64,000 bases of DNA. Origin: an uncultured virus (IMG/VR IMGVR_UViG_2199352004_000009). Lineage: Duplodnaviria; Heunggongvirae; Uroviricota; Caudoviricetes. The notes below the pieces were generated by a model that saw only the letters and a program-made list of their open reading frames with translations, was not told where the DNA came from and searched no databases. Numbering within the stretch: the stretch's first letter is position 1; the number at the start of each line of letters is the position of its first letter. Made by a program: the position numbers and the translations under genes. Shown one piece after another: positions 45,626 through 55,626 of this stretch. The stretch is from the IMG/VR virus record IMGVR_UViG_2199352004_000009. One strand, given 5' to 3'.

Positions 45626-47728
45626 ATGGCATCAATAATTAGAATTAAAAGATCACCAAACACTGGCGCACCAAGTGGATTATCCAACGGTGAATTAGGA
45701 TATACATACGGTACAGGTACAGTTAATAATGGAGGCGACAGACTATACATTGGACATGGAAACGAAACCAGTGGAATTGCTGCAAACATATCAGTTATTG
45801 GTGGTAAGTACTTTACTGATTTATTAGATCACACACCAGGCACTCTAACTGCTACCTCTGCTTTATTGGTAGATTCTAATAAGAAGATTGATGATTTATT
45901 AGTTGACGATCTACAACTTAATGGTAGTACACTAAGTACCACAAATACTAATGGTGATCTGGCAATCACTCCAAATGGTACTGGTAAGACTGTTATTACT
46001 AATTTGCACATTAACGATGCAAATACTAGCATTGCGGAATTTATTTATGACACAGTTGGTGGAGCAGTTACTGGTGGCACTGGTATCACTATCACTAACA
46101 ATGATGGCACTAATACCTCTACAGTTTCTATAACTAATACTACAGTTACTGGTGCAGGAACTGCTGTTGGTTCTTCTACGGCTATTCCAGTTATTACCTT
46201 TAATGCACAAGGTCAATTAACTGCTGTAACAACAGCATCAATTACTACTACTCTTGGTATTGCTTCTGATTCTGGTACAGACTCTATTGCTCTTGCAACA
46301 GATACACTGTCATTCATTGGTGGTGAAGGTATTGATACTAGTATCAATGCAGGTACAAATACTATCACTATTGCAGCAGAAGATGCTACTACTACTAATA
46401 AAGGTGTTGCTTCGTTTGACACCAATAACTTTACAGTTACTAGTGGTGCAGTTTCTACTAAGACTATTACATTAGGTTCTTCAACACTAACCAATGGTTC
46501 CACTACCACTGCTATTGCTGGTATTACTGAATTAGCAGTTGATAATTTAAACTTTAATGGTAATACAATTACATCTACAGATAACAATGGTGATATTATT
46601 TTATCCCCAAATGGTACTGGTAGAGTTGATGTTGCTGGTTCTATTATTACTGGTATTGCTGAGCCTGTAAATGCATCTGATGCGGCAACAAAGAGTTATG
46701 TTGATACTGTTGCTGAAGGTTTACATATACATGAAGCTGCACATTGTGCAACTACTGATACTCTTGCTGTTCTTTCTGGTGGTACAGTAACATATGCTAA
46801 TGGAACTGCAGGTGTTGGTGCTACTCTTACTCTTTCTGCTGGTATAGCAGCGATTGATGGACACACATTAACTGATGGTGATCGAATCCTTGTTAAAAAT
46901 CAAGCAAATCAAGCACACAACGGTATGTATGTTCGCACTAGTGCGACAGTTCTTACTCGTTCTGATGACTTTAATGCTGCTGCCGAAATGGCTGGTGGTG
47001 ACTTTACTTTCGTAGAAAATGGTACTCTTTACGGAAATACTGGTTGGGTACAAACAGAAGAAGTACTAACTGTTGGTGTAGATATTGTCATCTGGCAACA
47101 GTTCTCTGGTACTGGAACATTTACTGCTGGTGCTGGTTTAACCATTTCAGGAACAGAGTTTAATGTTAATGGTACAGCAGATCGTATTACTGTTGGTATT
47201 GATAGTGTAGATATTGCATCAACTTACGTTGGTCAAACATCAATCACAACTCTTGGTACTATTGCTACTGGTGTATGGCAGGGTACATTAGTTGGACCAA
47301 CATATGGTGGTACTGGTGTTAATAACGGTAGTAAGACCATAACATTAGGTGGTAATTTCGCTCACATTGGTGCGCATAGTTTATCTCTAACTACTACTGC
47401 CACTACTTCAATAACATTACCAACTACAGGTACTCTTGCTACTTTAGATGGTACAGAGACCTTTACGAACAAAACTCTTACTTCTCCTACAGTTAATGGT
47501 GGAAGTATTAATAATGCTACAATTGGTGCCGCTACTGCATCTACTGGTGCATTTACTACACTAACTTCTAATGGTGCTACAACCTTTACGGCAGCTACTG
47601 CTTCTTCAAGTTCTACAACTGGTGCTGTTATTGTAACTGGTGGTGTTGGTGTCGGTGGAAGTATCTACGGCGCTGGCGCAGCTATATCAACATTGGACGG
47701 TTTCAACATTGATGGTGGCACATATTAA
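45626..47728 (+). CDS. tail fibre protein
   Basis: IRIKRS..GELGY N-terminus, IGGKYFTD, DAATKSYVD, DGDRILVKNQ..NGMY and C-terminal IDGGTY. Confidence 0.75.
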   Translation: MASIIRIKRSPNTGAPSGLSNGELGYTYGTGTVNNGGDRLYIGHGNETSGIAANISVIGGKYFTDLLDHTPGTLTATSALLVDSNKKIDDLLVDDLQLNGSTLSTTNTNGDLAITPNGTGKTVITNLHINDANTSIAEFIYDTVGGAVTGGTGITITNNDGTNTSTVSITNTTVTGAGTAVGSSTAIPVITFNAQGQLTAVTTASITTTLGIASDSGTDSIALATDTLSFIGGEGIDTSINAGTNTITIAAEDATTTNKGVASFDTNNFTVTSGAVSTKTITLGSSTLTNGSTTTAIAGITELAVDNLNFNGNTITSTDNNGDIILSPNGTGRVDVAGSIITGIAEPVNASDAATKSYVDTVAEGLHIHEAAHCATTDTLAVLSGGTVTYANGTAGVGATLTLSAGIAAIDGHTLTDGDRILVKNQANQAHNGMYVRTSATVLTRSDDFNAAAEMAGGDFTFVENGTLYGNTGWVQTEEVLTVGVDIVIWQQFSGTGTFTAGAGLTISGTEFNVNGTADRITVGIDSVDIASTYVGQTSITTLGTIATGVWQGTLVGPTYGGTGVNNGSKTITLGGNFAHIGAHSLSLTTTATTSITLPTTGTLATLDGTETFTNKTLTSPTVNGGSINNATIGAATASTGAFTTLTSNGATTFTAATASSSSTTGAVIVTGGVGVGGSIYGAGAAISTLDGFNIDGGTY

Positions 47729-47745
47729 ATTTATTATAAAAGTAG

Positions 47746-47779
47746 TATAAATATAGGGAGAGTCTATACTCTCCCTTTT
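47746..47779 (+). terminator. late promoter immediately followed by Rho-independent terminator
   Basis: TATAAATA at 47746-47753; hairpin GGGAGAGT-CTAT-ACTCTCCC (47756-47775) followed by TTTT. Confidence 0.7.
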
Positions 47780-47802
47780 CTTTCTCCTTTTTAGGACATT
47801 AC

Positions 47803-50800
47803 ATGCCAAATAAAATTATCCTTAAGAAGTCCTCTGTGGCTCTTAAAGTTCCAGTCGCAGGAGATTTGGAATATGGTGAGTTAGCATTAAACTATGTTGA
47901 TGAGAAACTGTATTTTAAAAATACATCGAACGCAATCAAGTCGTTCAATGTAACACAAGCAAATCTAACAATCGGTACTGGCTTATCTGGATCTTTCTAC
48001 AATGGAACTTCTGCAGTCACAGTTGCGATTAACTCATCTGTTGTCACACTCGATGGCACACAAACTCTAACAAACAAAACAATCGCTGCTGGTTCAAACA
48101 CCATCAGCGGTTTAACTAACAGCAACCTTTCTGGTACTGCTGGAATAACCAACGCCAACTTAGCAAACAGTTCCGTTACTGTTGGTTCTACCGCTATCGC
48201 TCTTGGTGCAACCTCCACAACTCTTGCTGGTTTAACTTCTGTAACTTCAACTACGTTTGTTGGAGCATTAACAGGTAATGCAACAAATGTATCTGGAACA
48301 GTTGCTATCGCCAATGGTGGTACTGGTCAGACAACTCGACAGGCTGCTATAGATGCCCTTGCGGGTTCAGTTACTGCTGGTCAATATTTGCGTGGAGATG
48401 GAACAGACGTTGTTATGTCAGCGATTCAAGCTGCAGATGTACCAACGTTAAATCAAAATACATCAGGTACAGCAGCCAATGTATCTGGAACAGTTGCTAT
48501 CGCCAATGGTGGTACTGGTGCGACTTCTGCAGCTGCTGCATTAACGAATTTAGGTGCTTATGCTGCAGCAAATCCTAGCGGTTATACATCTAACACTGGT
48601 ACAGTTACATCAATTGCTACTAATAACGGTATTACTGGTGGTACAATCACAACCACTGGTACATTAGGTTTAACTGGTCAAGCATTAGCGTTGCATAATC
48701 TTGCCACGAATGGTATTATAGCTCGCACAGGCGCAGATACATTTGCTGGTAGAACTCTTACTGCCAGCACTGGAATTACTATTTCAAACGGTGATGGTGT
48801 AAGTGGAAACCCAACTATTACCAATAGTGCACCAGATCAAACAGTTGCTCTAACTGGTGCTGGTGCAACGTCAATTACTGGCACTTATCCAAACTTTACA
48901 ATAACATCTGTTAACACAACATATTCTAAAGCAACTACTACTTCACTAGGATTAGTAGAATTAGGATCAGACACTGTTCAAACTGTTGCAGCTAACTCAG
49001 TTAGTGCAACAGCATCTCGCTCATATGCAGTTCAGCTTAATGCAGCTGATCAAATGGTTGTTAACGTACCTTGGGTTGATACCAATACTACGTATACAGA
49101 TGGTGACGGTATAGCTCTTACAGGCACGGTGTTTAGTGTTGCTGCAGGCAGCGGTTTAGTACAAGAAGCATCTGGTCTTGCCCATGCTGATACGTCTTCA
49201 CAGGCTTCTGTAGATAATGCAAACGGTAACGTTATACAGGATATCACTCTTGATACGTTTGGGCACATTACTGCAATTACGTCACTTGATCTTGACGGTA
49301 GATACTATACTGAGACAGAAGCAGATTCAAGATTCGTGAACACTGCTGGTGATACCATGACAGGGTTCTTAACCTTGCATGCAGACCCAACAAGTTCGCT
49401 ACATGCTGTAACAAAACAATACGTAGATAGTATCGCCCAAGGTTTGCATGTACATGCACCAAGTCTTGTAGCCACTCCTGGAACGCTAACTTCTATTACT
49501 GGCGGAACAATAACATATGCCAATGGAACAAGTGGAGTTGGTGCAACTCTCACAGTATCAGGTGGAACATATGGTGTTATCGATGGCGTTAATATCGCAA
49601 CAGTAGGAACTCGAATCCTTGTTCGTGCTGAAGCCAATACTGCGCACAATGGTATTTACACTTACACAAGCAGCACTGTATTAACAAGAGCTGAAGATTT
49701 CAATACATCTGCCGAAATGGGCGGCGGTGATTTTACATTCGTTCAACAAGGTACACTGTATAACGACACTGGTTGGGTTCTGCCTGACCCTGTTACTACG
49801 GTTGGCACAACTGGAGTAGTATTCTCCCAATTCTCTGGTGCTGGAACATACACTGCTGGTTCTGGATTAACTTTAAACGGTACACAGTTTAGTCATACTG
49901 ATACTTCGAGTGCTGCAACTTTAACAGCTTCTGGAAGAACTTATGTAACTGGTTTAACATTCGATACATTCGGTCACGTCACTGCATATACTACTGGTAC
50001 TGAAACCGTAGTTGACACAAACACTACATATAGTGCCGCAACTTCTACAACTCTTGGTCTAGTAGAATTGTTTAGTGACACAGCTCAAACAGTTGCAGCT
50101 AACGCAGTATCAGCAACAGCTTCTAGAACATATGGGCTTCAACTAAATGCGGCTAGCCAAGGTGTAATAAATGTACCTTGGACTGATACTGTTTATACTT
50201 TACCAACAGCTACGTCAACTGCTTTAGGTGGAGTAGAACTATTCAGCGATACAGTGCAGACCGTTGCTGCCAATGCGGTCTCAGCAACAGCTTCTAGAAC
50301 ATATGGCGTTCAGTTCAATTCTGCAAATCAGATGGTTGTTAACGTACCTTGGACTGATACCGACACCGACACGAACACGGTTACTCGTTTAAGAGGAACT
50401 GCATCAGGCACTTATAACTCAGGTGATCTTACTTTACTTGCTGGTTCAAACGTAACAATAACTCAAAGTGGTACTGACTACACAATTGCAGCATCTCAAC
50501 CTACGGTTGGTGATGGTACTCTTTCTGTTACCACTAAGACTGCTGGCGCAACTAATACTGACGTCACTCTTGAATTGAGTGGTGCGTATAGTGCAAACAC
50601 TTCTACCAATAGAACTATTAAAGCAGTTGTAGGTCCAGCACTTACAAACCTTGCCACACTAATGGCTACTGCTGGTGCGGGATTCATTAGACGAACAGCA
50701 ACGGCAGACACTTATTCTATTGATACTAGCACATATTTAACTGGTACTAAAGTAGATTCTATTTCAGCTACGTCACCAATAGTGGCAAGTGCATCTACTG

Positions 50801-53361
50801 GTGCAGTGACGTTGAGCCACGCTACATCTGGTGTAACAGCTGGAACTTACAATAACGTCACAGTTAATGCTACAGGTCACGTAACTAGTGGATCAAATGT
50901 AAGTTATCTAACTTCGTATTCTGAAACAGACACGCTGTCAAGTGTAACTGGTCGTGGTGCTACTACTAGTACATATTCAACATTCTCTGGTGGATTATCT
51001 GTTGGTACAGCCAGTACACGAGATAAATTAAGAGTTTGGGATAGCAATTTATATTCAATTGGCATGCAGGCAGATGTTCAATATGGTGGTCTTAGCGATT
51101 ATGCTATGACTTTCCAGTTTAACGATGAAGACGATCGTGGCTTTTGGTGGGGCGATTCTAATCACAACACATCCCAAGGCGCAATGGCGCTTACTACAAA
51201 TGGTTACTTAACTGTTGCTAGACGCATTCGTGTTGGTGGTGGAGAAACAGATACATCAATTCCACAATTACCATTTGAAGTTGTTGGTACCAGTGGTCAG
51301 CTGTTCTCTGTAACAGATTCAATGACTGGTACTATCTTTAGTGCCAACGATGTTTCGGGTATACCTAGCATTGAAGTTCTTGACACAGGTCTTGTTAAAA
51401 TCGCTCAGTATTCTGGTAACTTAGTATTGGGTAGTGGAATAGATAATGGCACTGATAAGCTACAGGTTAACGGTTCAATCTTAGGTACTTCTATTAAAGG
51501 TAGTACTCTTGTTTCTACTGTTGCAACTGGAACTGCTCCGTTAACGGTATCATCAATAACTGTAGTTCCAAACCTTAACGCAGACTTGTGGGACGGTTAT
51601 CAATTTGCTAGTTATTTAAATCAAGCAGTTAGAACTAGCGATAGTCCGTCATTTAACCAAGTATATGCTAATAATTGGTTTAGAAACAATGCCAATAATA
51701 CTGGCTTATACAATGAAAACACAACACAACATTGGTCTTCTCAAACTAATGGTTATTGGGATGCGTCTAGCACAACTACCTTTAGTGGCATAAGACTTTA
51801 TACTGGAAGCCATCTAGGCGCTTTGCGTGGATATGTATATGCTAATACTAGTAATGAAATTGGCTTTTTAGATCAAGCTGGTAATTGGACTTTACGTATG
51901 GCAGCTGGTGTTGCTTATGCAACTACGTTTAGTGGCGCATTATCAGGCACAGCAAGTACTGTTACTTCTAGAACATTAACAATTGGTAATACTGGAAAGG
52001 CAGTTGACCACAGCGCTGATGTCTCTTGGACACTAGCTGAGATTGGTGCCTATGCTGCAACAAACCCTAGTGGTTACACAACCAACACAGGTACTGTAAC
52101 TAGCGTAGGTGGCACAGGAACAGTTAGCGGTTTAACACTAACTGGTACGGTCACTGGATCAGGCAACCTTACCTTAGGTGGCACACTCACTCTGACATCT
52201 GGTCAAGTAACAACTGCTCTTGGATTTACACCAGCTGCATCTACTGGTACAGATGCCACTGGTGATGCTGGTGCTATTTCTTTTAGAGGCGGTAATAGTT
52301 CTTCTAGCGGCTTTGGCGGTGCTGTAACAGTTACTGGAGGAACTTCAGCTTCTACAACAGCTGGCAAGAATGGTGGTGCTGTAACAATCTCTGGTGGTAA
52401 TAATACTTCTGCATCAGGTGGTTTTGGTGCTAGTTTGTCACTACCAGGAGGCACTGCTGCTTTTGGTGATGGTGGTCAAGCTAGACTTTATAGTGGCGAT
52501 TCAAAGGGCACTAACATAGCTGGTGCCGATTTAATGCTTTTTGCTGGTCGAGGTACTGGCACTGGTGTTGGCGGCACAATGAGATTCTATACATCTGGTG
52601 TAACAACCTCAGGGGCTGGATTACAGACGCACACATCTAGGCTTGAAATAGATAGTCTTGGTCAAGTATTTGCTCGTGCAAACATCACATCCACCAGCAC
52701 CACAACAGGAACTTTAAGAGTAACTGGTGGTGTTGGTGTCAGCGGCACAGTATTTGCTGCTGGTTTTAATGGACCACTAACAGGCAACGTAACAGGCAAC
52801 GTAAGTGGATCTTCTGCTACCGCTGGTACCGCCACCAACGCCACCACCGCCAGCACCGCCGTCAACGCAATCAACGTAGGGTTAACAGACAATACTACAA
52901 GCACTTCAACGCATTATATTTCGATGCATGATGCTACTTCTGGTAATGATGGTACTATAATATCTACTACAAAAATATCATTCCAACCAAGCACAGGTAA
53001 CCTCACTGCTGCGGGTAACGTCACAGCTTTCTCAGACGAAAGATTAAAAACTGATTGGAATACATTACCAGAAACTTTTGTTGAAGATTTAGCTAACGTT
53101 AAATCTGGTACTTATACTCGTATAGATACTAATGTTCGACAAGCTGGTGCGAGTGCGCAAGATTGGCAAAAACTACTTCCAGAAGTTGTTGTCACTAGCG
53201 ATAACGCTGACGGTACTCTAGCTTTAGCTTATGGTAATGCTGCTTTAGTTTCTGCCATTGAATTGGCTAAGAGAGTAGTGAGTCAAGATGCTAAGATCGC
53301 TTCATTGGAAGAACGCATAGCAAACCTTGAGAGTGTTTTAAATAAATTATTGGAGAAATGA
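47803..53361 (+). CDS. long tail fibre with internal repeats and C-terminal S74-type chaperone
   Basis: 1852 aa Thr/Gly-rich; GELALNY N-terminus; repeated VAIANGGTG; TAFSDERLK..AQDWQKLLPEVV. Confidence 0.8.
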   Translation: MPNKIILKKSSVALKVPVAGDLEYGELALNYVDEKLYFKNTSNAIKSFNVTQANLTIGTGLSGSFYNGTSAVTVAINSSVVTLDGTQTLTNKTIAAGSNTISGLTNSNLSGTAGITNANLANSSVTVGSTAIALGATSTTLAGLTSVTSTTFVGALTGNATNVSGTVAIANGGTGQTTRQAAIDALAGSVTAGQYLRGDGTDVVMSAIQAADVPTLNQNTSGTAANVSGTVAIANGGTGATSAAAALTNLGAYAAANPSGYTSNTGTVTSIATNNGITGGTITTTGTLGLTGQALALHNLATNGIIARTGADTFAGRTLTASTGITISNGDGVSGNPTITNSAPDQTVALTGAGATSITGTYPNFTITSVNTTYSKATTTSLGLVELGSDTVQTVAANSVSATASRSYAVQLNAADQMVVNVPWVDTNTTYTDGDGIALTGTVFSVAAGSGLVQEASGLAHADTSSQASVDNANGNVIQDITLDTFGHITAITSLDLDGRYYTETEADSRFVNTAGDTMTGFLTLHADPTSSLHAVTKQYVDSIAQGLHVHAPSLVATPGTLTSITGGTITYANGTSGVGATLTVSGGTYGVIDGVNIATVGTRILVRAEANTAHNGIYTYTSSTVLTRAEDFNTSAEMGGGDFTFVQQGTLYNDTGWVLPDPVTTVGTTGVVFSQFSGAGTYTAGSGLTLNGTQFSHTDTSSAATLTASGRTYVTGLTFDTFGHVTAYTTGTETVVDTNTTYSAATSTTLGLVELFSDTAQTVAANAVSATASRTYGLQLNAASQGVINVPWTDTVYTLPTATSTALGGVELFSDTVQTVAANAVSATASRTYGVQFNSANQMVVNVPWTDTDTDTNTVTRLRGTASGTYNSGDLTLLAGSNVTITQSGTDYTIAASQPTVGDGTLSVTTKTAGATNTDVTLELSGAYSANTSTNRTIKAVVGPALTNLATLMATAGAGFIRRTATADTYSIDTSTYLTGTKVDSISATSPIVASASTGAVTLSHATSGVTAGTYNNVTVNATGHVTSGSNVSYLTSYSETDTLSSVTGRGATTSTYSTFSGGLSVGTASTRDKLRVWDSNLYSIGMQADVQYGGLSDYAMTFQFNDEDDRGFWWGDSNHNTSQGAMALTTNGYLTVARRIRVGGGETDTSIPQLPFEVVGTSGQLFSVTDSMTGTIFSANDVSGIPSIEVLDTGLVKIAQYSGNLVLGSGIDNGTDKLQVNGSILGTSIKGSTLVSTVATGTAPLTVSSITVVPNLNADLWDGYQFASYLNQAVRTSDSPSFNQVYANNWFRNNANNTGLYNENTTQHWSSQTNGYWDASSTTTFSGIRLYTGSHLGALRGYVYANTSNEIGFLDQAGNWTLRMAAGVAYATTFSGALSGTASTVTSRTLTIGNTGKAVDHSADVSWTLAEIGAYAATNPSGYTTNTGTVTSVGGTGTVSGLTLTGTVTGSGNLTLGGTLTLTSGQVTTALGFTPAASTGTDATGDAGAISFRGGNSSSSGFGGAVTVTGGTSASTTAGKNGGAVTISGGNNTSASGGFGASLSLPGGTAAFGDGGQARLYSGDSKGTNIAGADLMLFAGRGTGTGVGGTMRFYTSGVTTSGAGLQTHTSRLEIDSLGQVFARANITSTSTTTGTLRVTGGVGVSGTVFAAGFNGPLTGNVTGNVSGSSATAGTATNATTASTAVNAINVGLTDNTTSTSTHYISMHDATSGNDGTIISTTKISFQPSTGNLTAAGNVTAFSDERLKTDWNTLPETFVEDLANVKSGTYTRIDTNVRQAGASAQDWQKLLPEVVVTSDNADGTLALAYGNAALVSAIELAKRVVSQDAKIASLEERIANLESVLNKLLEK

Positions 53362-54074
53362 TGGCAGTTAATTATAGTCCTGGAATTGTTACTAATGGAC
53401 TTACGGTATTATTAGATTCGATGAATTCTAAAAGTTATCCAGGAACTGGAAATACTTGGTTTGATATAAGCGGAAATAATAATCATGGTACTATGAGCAA
53501 TTTTACAGGTCCTTCAGCAGGATCTGTAAGTGGATATGACACAAACACAAAATGGATGATGTTTGATAGACATTTAGGAGGATCTGATGGAGCATCAAAC
53601 AATGTTGTTAATATAGCAAACAGTGCTACTTTAAAAGATTGTTTATGTCAAAACGGTATGACTATGTCAATGTGGTTAAGAATAAGCAGCGCTGTGTGTA
53701 CTGCAATGACAAAATGGGATGGTTCTTGGGAAATTTATTACTGTTCTCCATTAGTGTTTAGGACACAAGGAACAGGCGGTAGTGATGGTACGTCTTCATA
53801 TAGTAGTACATCATACGTAAATGCTTGGTCTAATATAGTCGCTACGCACAATGGAGACACTAGAAAATTATACTTTAATGGTGTTGAAATATTGAGTGAC
53901 AATAATTTTATTGCAGGACAAAATACAACCAATGGAGTTAGTGTAGGAGGATATTCTAATGGCAATTACGCCTTTGTTGGAGCTATGCCGTGCTATAGTT
54001 TATATAATAGAGTCTTATCAAGTTCTGAGATCTTACAAAATTTTAATGCAGTGCGTGGAAGATTTAGTATATGA
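53358..54074 (+). CDS. LamG/concanavalin A-like lectin-domain protein
   Basis: IVTNGL..LD...KSYPGTGNTWFDISGNNNHGT and YNRVLSSSEILQNFNAVRGRF. Confidence 0.8.
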   Translation: MMAVNYSPGIVTNGLTVLLDSMNSKSYPGTGNTWFDISGNNNHGTMSNFTGPSAGSVSGYDTNTKWMMFDRHLGGSDGASNNVVNIANSATLKDCLCQNGMTMSMWLRISSAVCTAMTKWDGSWEIYYCSPLVFRTQGTGGSDGTSSYSSTSYVNAWSNIVATHNGDTRKLYFNGVEILSDNNFIAGQNTTNGVSVGGYSNGNYAFVGAMPCYSLYNRVLSSSEILQNFNAVRGRFSI

Positions 54075-54096
54075 CAGGTCCTAAGGAACTTTGGTA

Positions 54097-55236
54097 ATGA
54101 GTTTAATTCATTCACCCTCAGTAGTCACTAATGGTCTAGTGCTATACACAGACATGTCCAATACACAGAAGTCTTGGAAAGGTCAACCTACCACGAATTA
54201 CGTCGCAAACGCAGACACGATGGCTGGTTGGAATAACTATTCTAATACTGCTAATGGAACACCAGCACAATTCGTAACTCAGTTTGGTACTACTGGTTAT
54301 CGTATGGATAATGTGGGATCTTGGAACGGAGTGTACAAATCAGTTACGGTTCCATCTACTGGCACTTATACATTCTCTGCATGGATTAAATGGATTGGTG
54401 GTTCTAGTAATGTAACTGGTGGTGCTGTTTATATCTCAGGATGGGGTGGAGGAGATAGTGCAAGTGCTACTAATAGAACACTACCTGGACAATGGCAGCG
54501 CATTAGTATTACTCTAAATTGCACTACAACGTCAATGACATTTTATTTAATATGTTGGGGTGGTACAAATAATGCTGATAATTCTAGTTGGGAAGTTACA
54601 ATGCCACAAATTGAAGCAAGTAGTTATGTAACTCCATTCGTCAATGGATCTAGAAGTAACACCCAAGCAATCAGAGACCTCACGAACAACAACACAATCA
54701 CAGCAACCAGTTTAACATACGCAATTGATGGTACGTTTAGTTTTAATGGTAGTTCTAATTATCTCTCTATACCAAACACTACATTAGGGAATGGAAACGT
54801 TGAATGGACAGTTAGTTGTTGGATGAAAACTACAACTACCACAAATGATTTAGGTGGTGGTTCAATACTTTCAAATATTAGTGGTGGTCCAGTTTACTCG
54901 ATGTTAGGTGTTAATAGTGGAAAAATTGTTTATTGGACTTATCAAGGTGGATGGGTCCAAAAACTTGGAGTAAGAACAGTAAATGATAACAATTGGCACA
55001 TGTTAACTTGGGTGAATTACAGTAACAACACCATGGACATGTATGTTGATGGTATACTGGACGTCAATGTTGCAAACTCAACTTCTGGCAATAATAATCC
55101 TGTTGATGTTATTGGTAGATCATGGGCAGGATATTTTCCTGGTTCTATTGCAACAGTGTCGAGATATACTAGATCTCTATCAGCAGCAGAAGTCCAGCAA
55201 AACTTTCAAGCATTAAGAGGAAGGTACGGAATATAA
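54097..55236 (+). CDS. LamG-domain protein with carbohydrate-binding-like N-terminal insert
   Basis: VVTNGLVLY, TYTFSAWIK, VNDNNWHML and QQNFQALRGRYGI; ATG 54097 fits SD AAGGA. Confidence 0.75.
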   Translation: MSLIHSPSVVTNGLVLYTDMSNTQKSWKGQPTTNYVANADTMAGWNNYSNTANGTPAQFVTQFGTTGYRMDNVGSWNGVYKSVTVPSTGTYTFSAWIKWIGGSSNVTGGAVYISGWGGGDSASATNRTLPGQWQRISITLNCTTTSMTFYLICWGGTNNADNSSWEVTMPQIEASSYVTPFVNGSRSNTQAIRDLTNNNTITATSLTYAIDGTFSFNGSSNYLSIPNTTLGNGNVEWTVSCWMKTTTTTNDLGGGSILSNISGGPVYSMLGVNSGKIVYWTYQGGWVQKLGVRTVNDNNWHMLTWVNYSNNTMDMYVDGILDVNVANSTSGNNNPVDVIGRSWAGYFPGSIATVSRYTRSLSAAEVQQNFQALRGRYGI

Positions 55237-55237
55237 T

Positions 55238-55624
55238 ATGGCACATTACGCAAAAATAGAAAATAACATAGTCACAAATGTGATTGTAGCAGAACAAGAT
55301 TTTATCGAATCTGGTGCAGCTGGAGACCCAACAACGTGGGTGCAAACTTCTTATAACTCAACCATTCGTGAAAATTACGCTGGTATTGGATATGTGTATT
55401 TTCCAGATCTTGATATGTTTGTACCACCAAAAACTTTTGAGTCATGGATCTTAGATGAAGTCAATGGTAAATGGGATGCACCTACACAAAAACCAGATGG
55501 TGATAAAAATTACATTTGGAACGAGGAATCTCTATCTTGGATTGAATCTGCATCAGTGCTTCCTTCTGGTGAGGACTCGATATCTGTGATTCAATCTTCA
55601 TCAGTTCTTCCTTCTGGAGAATAA
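55238..55624 (+). CDS. hypothetical fibre-associated protein
   Basis: MAHYAKI..VTNVIVAEQDFI..WVQTSYN..RENYAGIGY..WNEE..SW. Confidence 0.65.
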   Translation: MAHYAKIENNIVTNVIVAEQDFIESGAAGDPTTWVQTSYNSTIRENYAGIGYVYFPDLDMFVPPKTFESWILDEVNGKWDAPTQKPDGDKNYIWNEESLSWIESASVLPSGEDSISVIQSSSVLPSGE

Positions 55625-55626
55625 CA

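Noticed and set aside
28954..52904. Many 60-140 aa minus-strand ORFs opposite structural genes
   Set aside because: They are antisense shadows of Thr/Gly/Ala-rich codons (Val/Pro-rich translations) with no RBS or promoter support.
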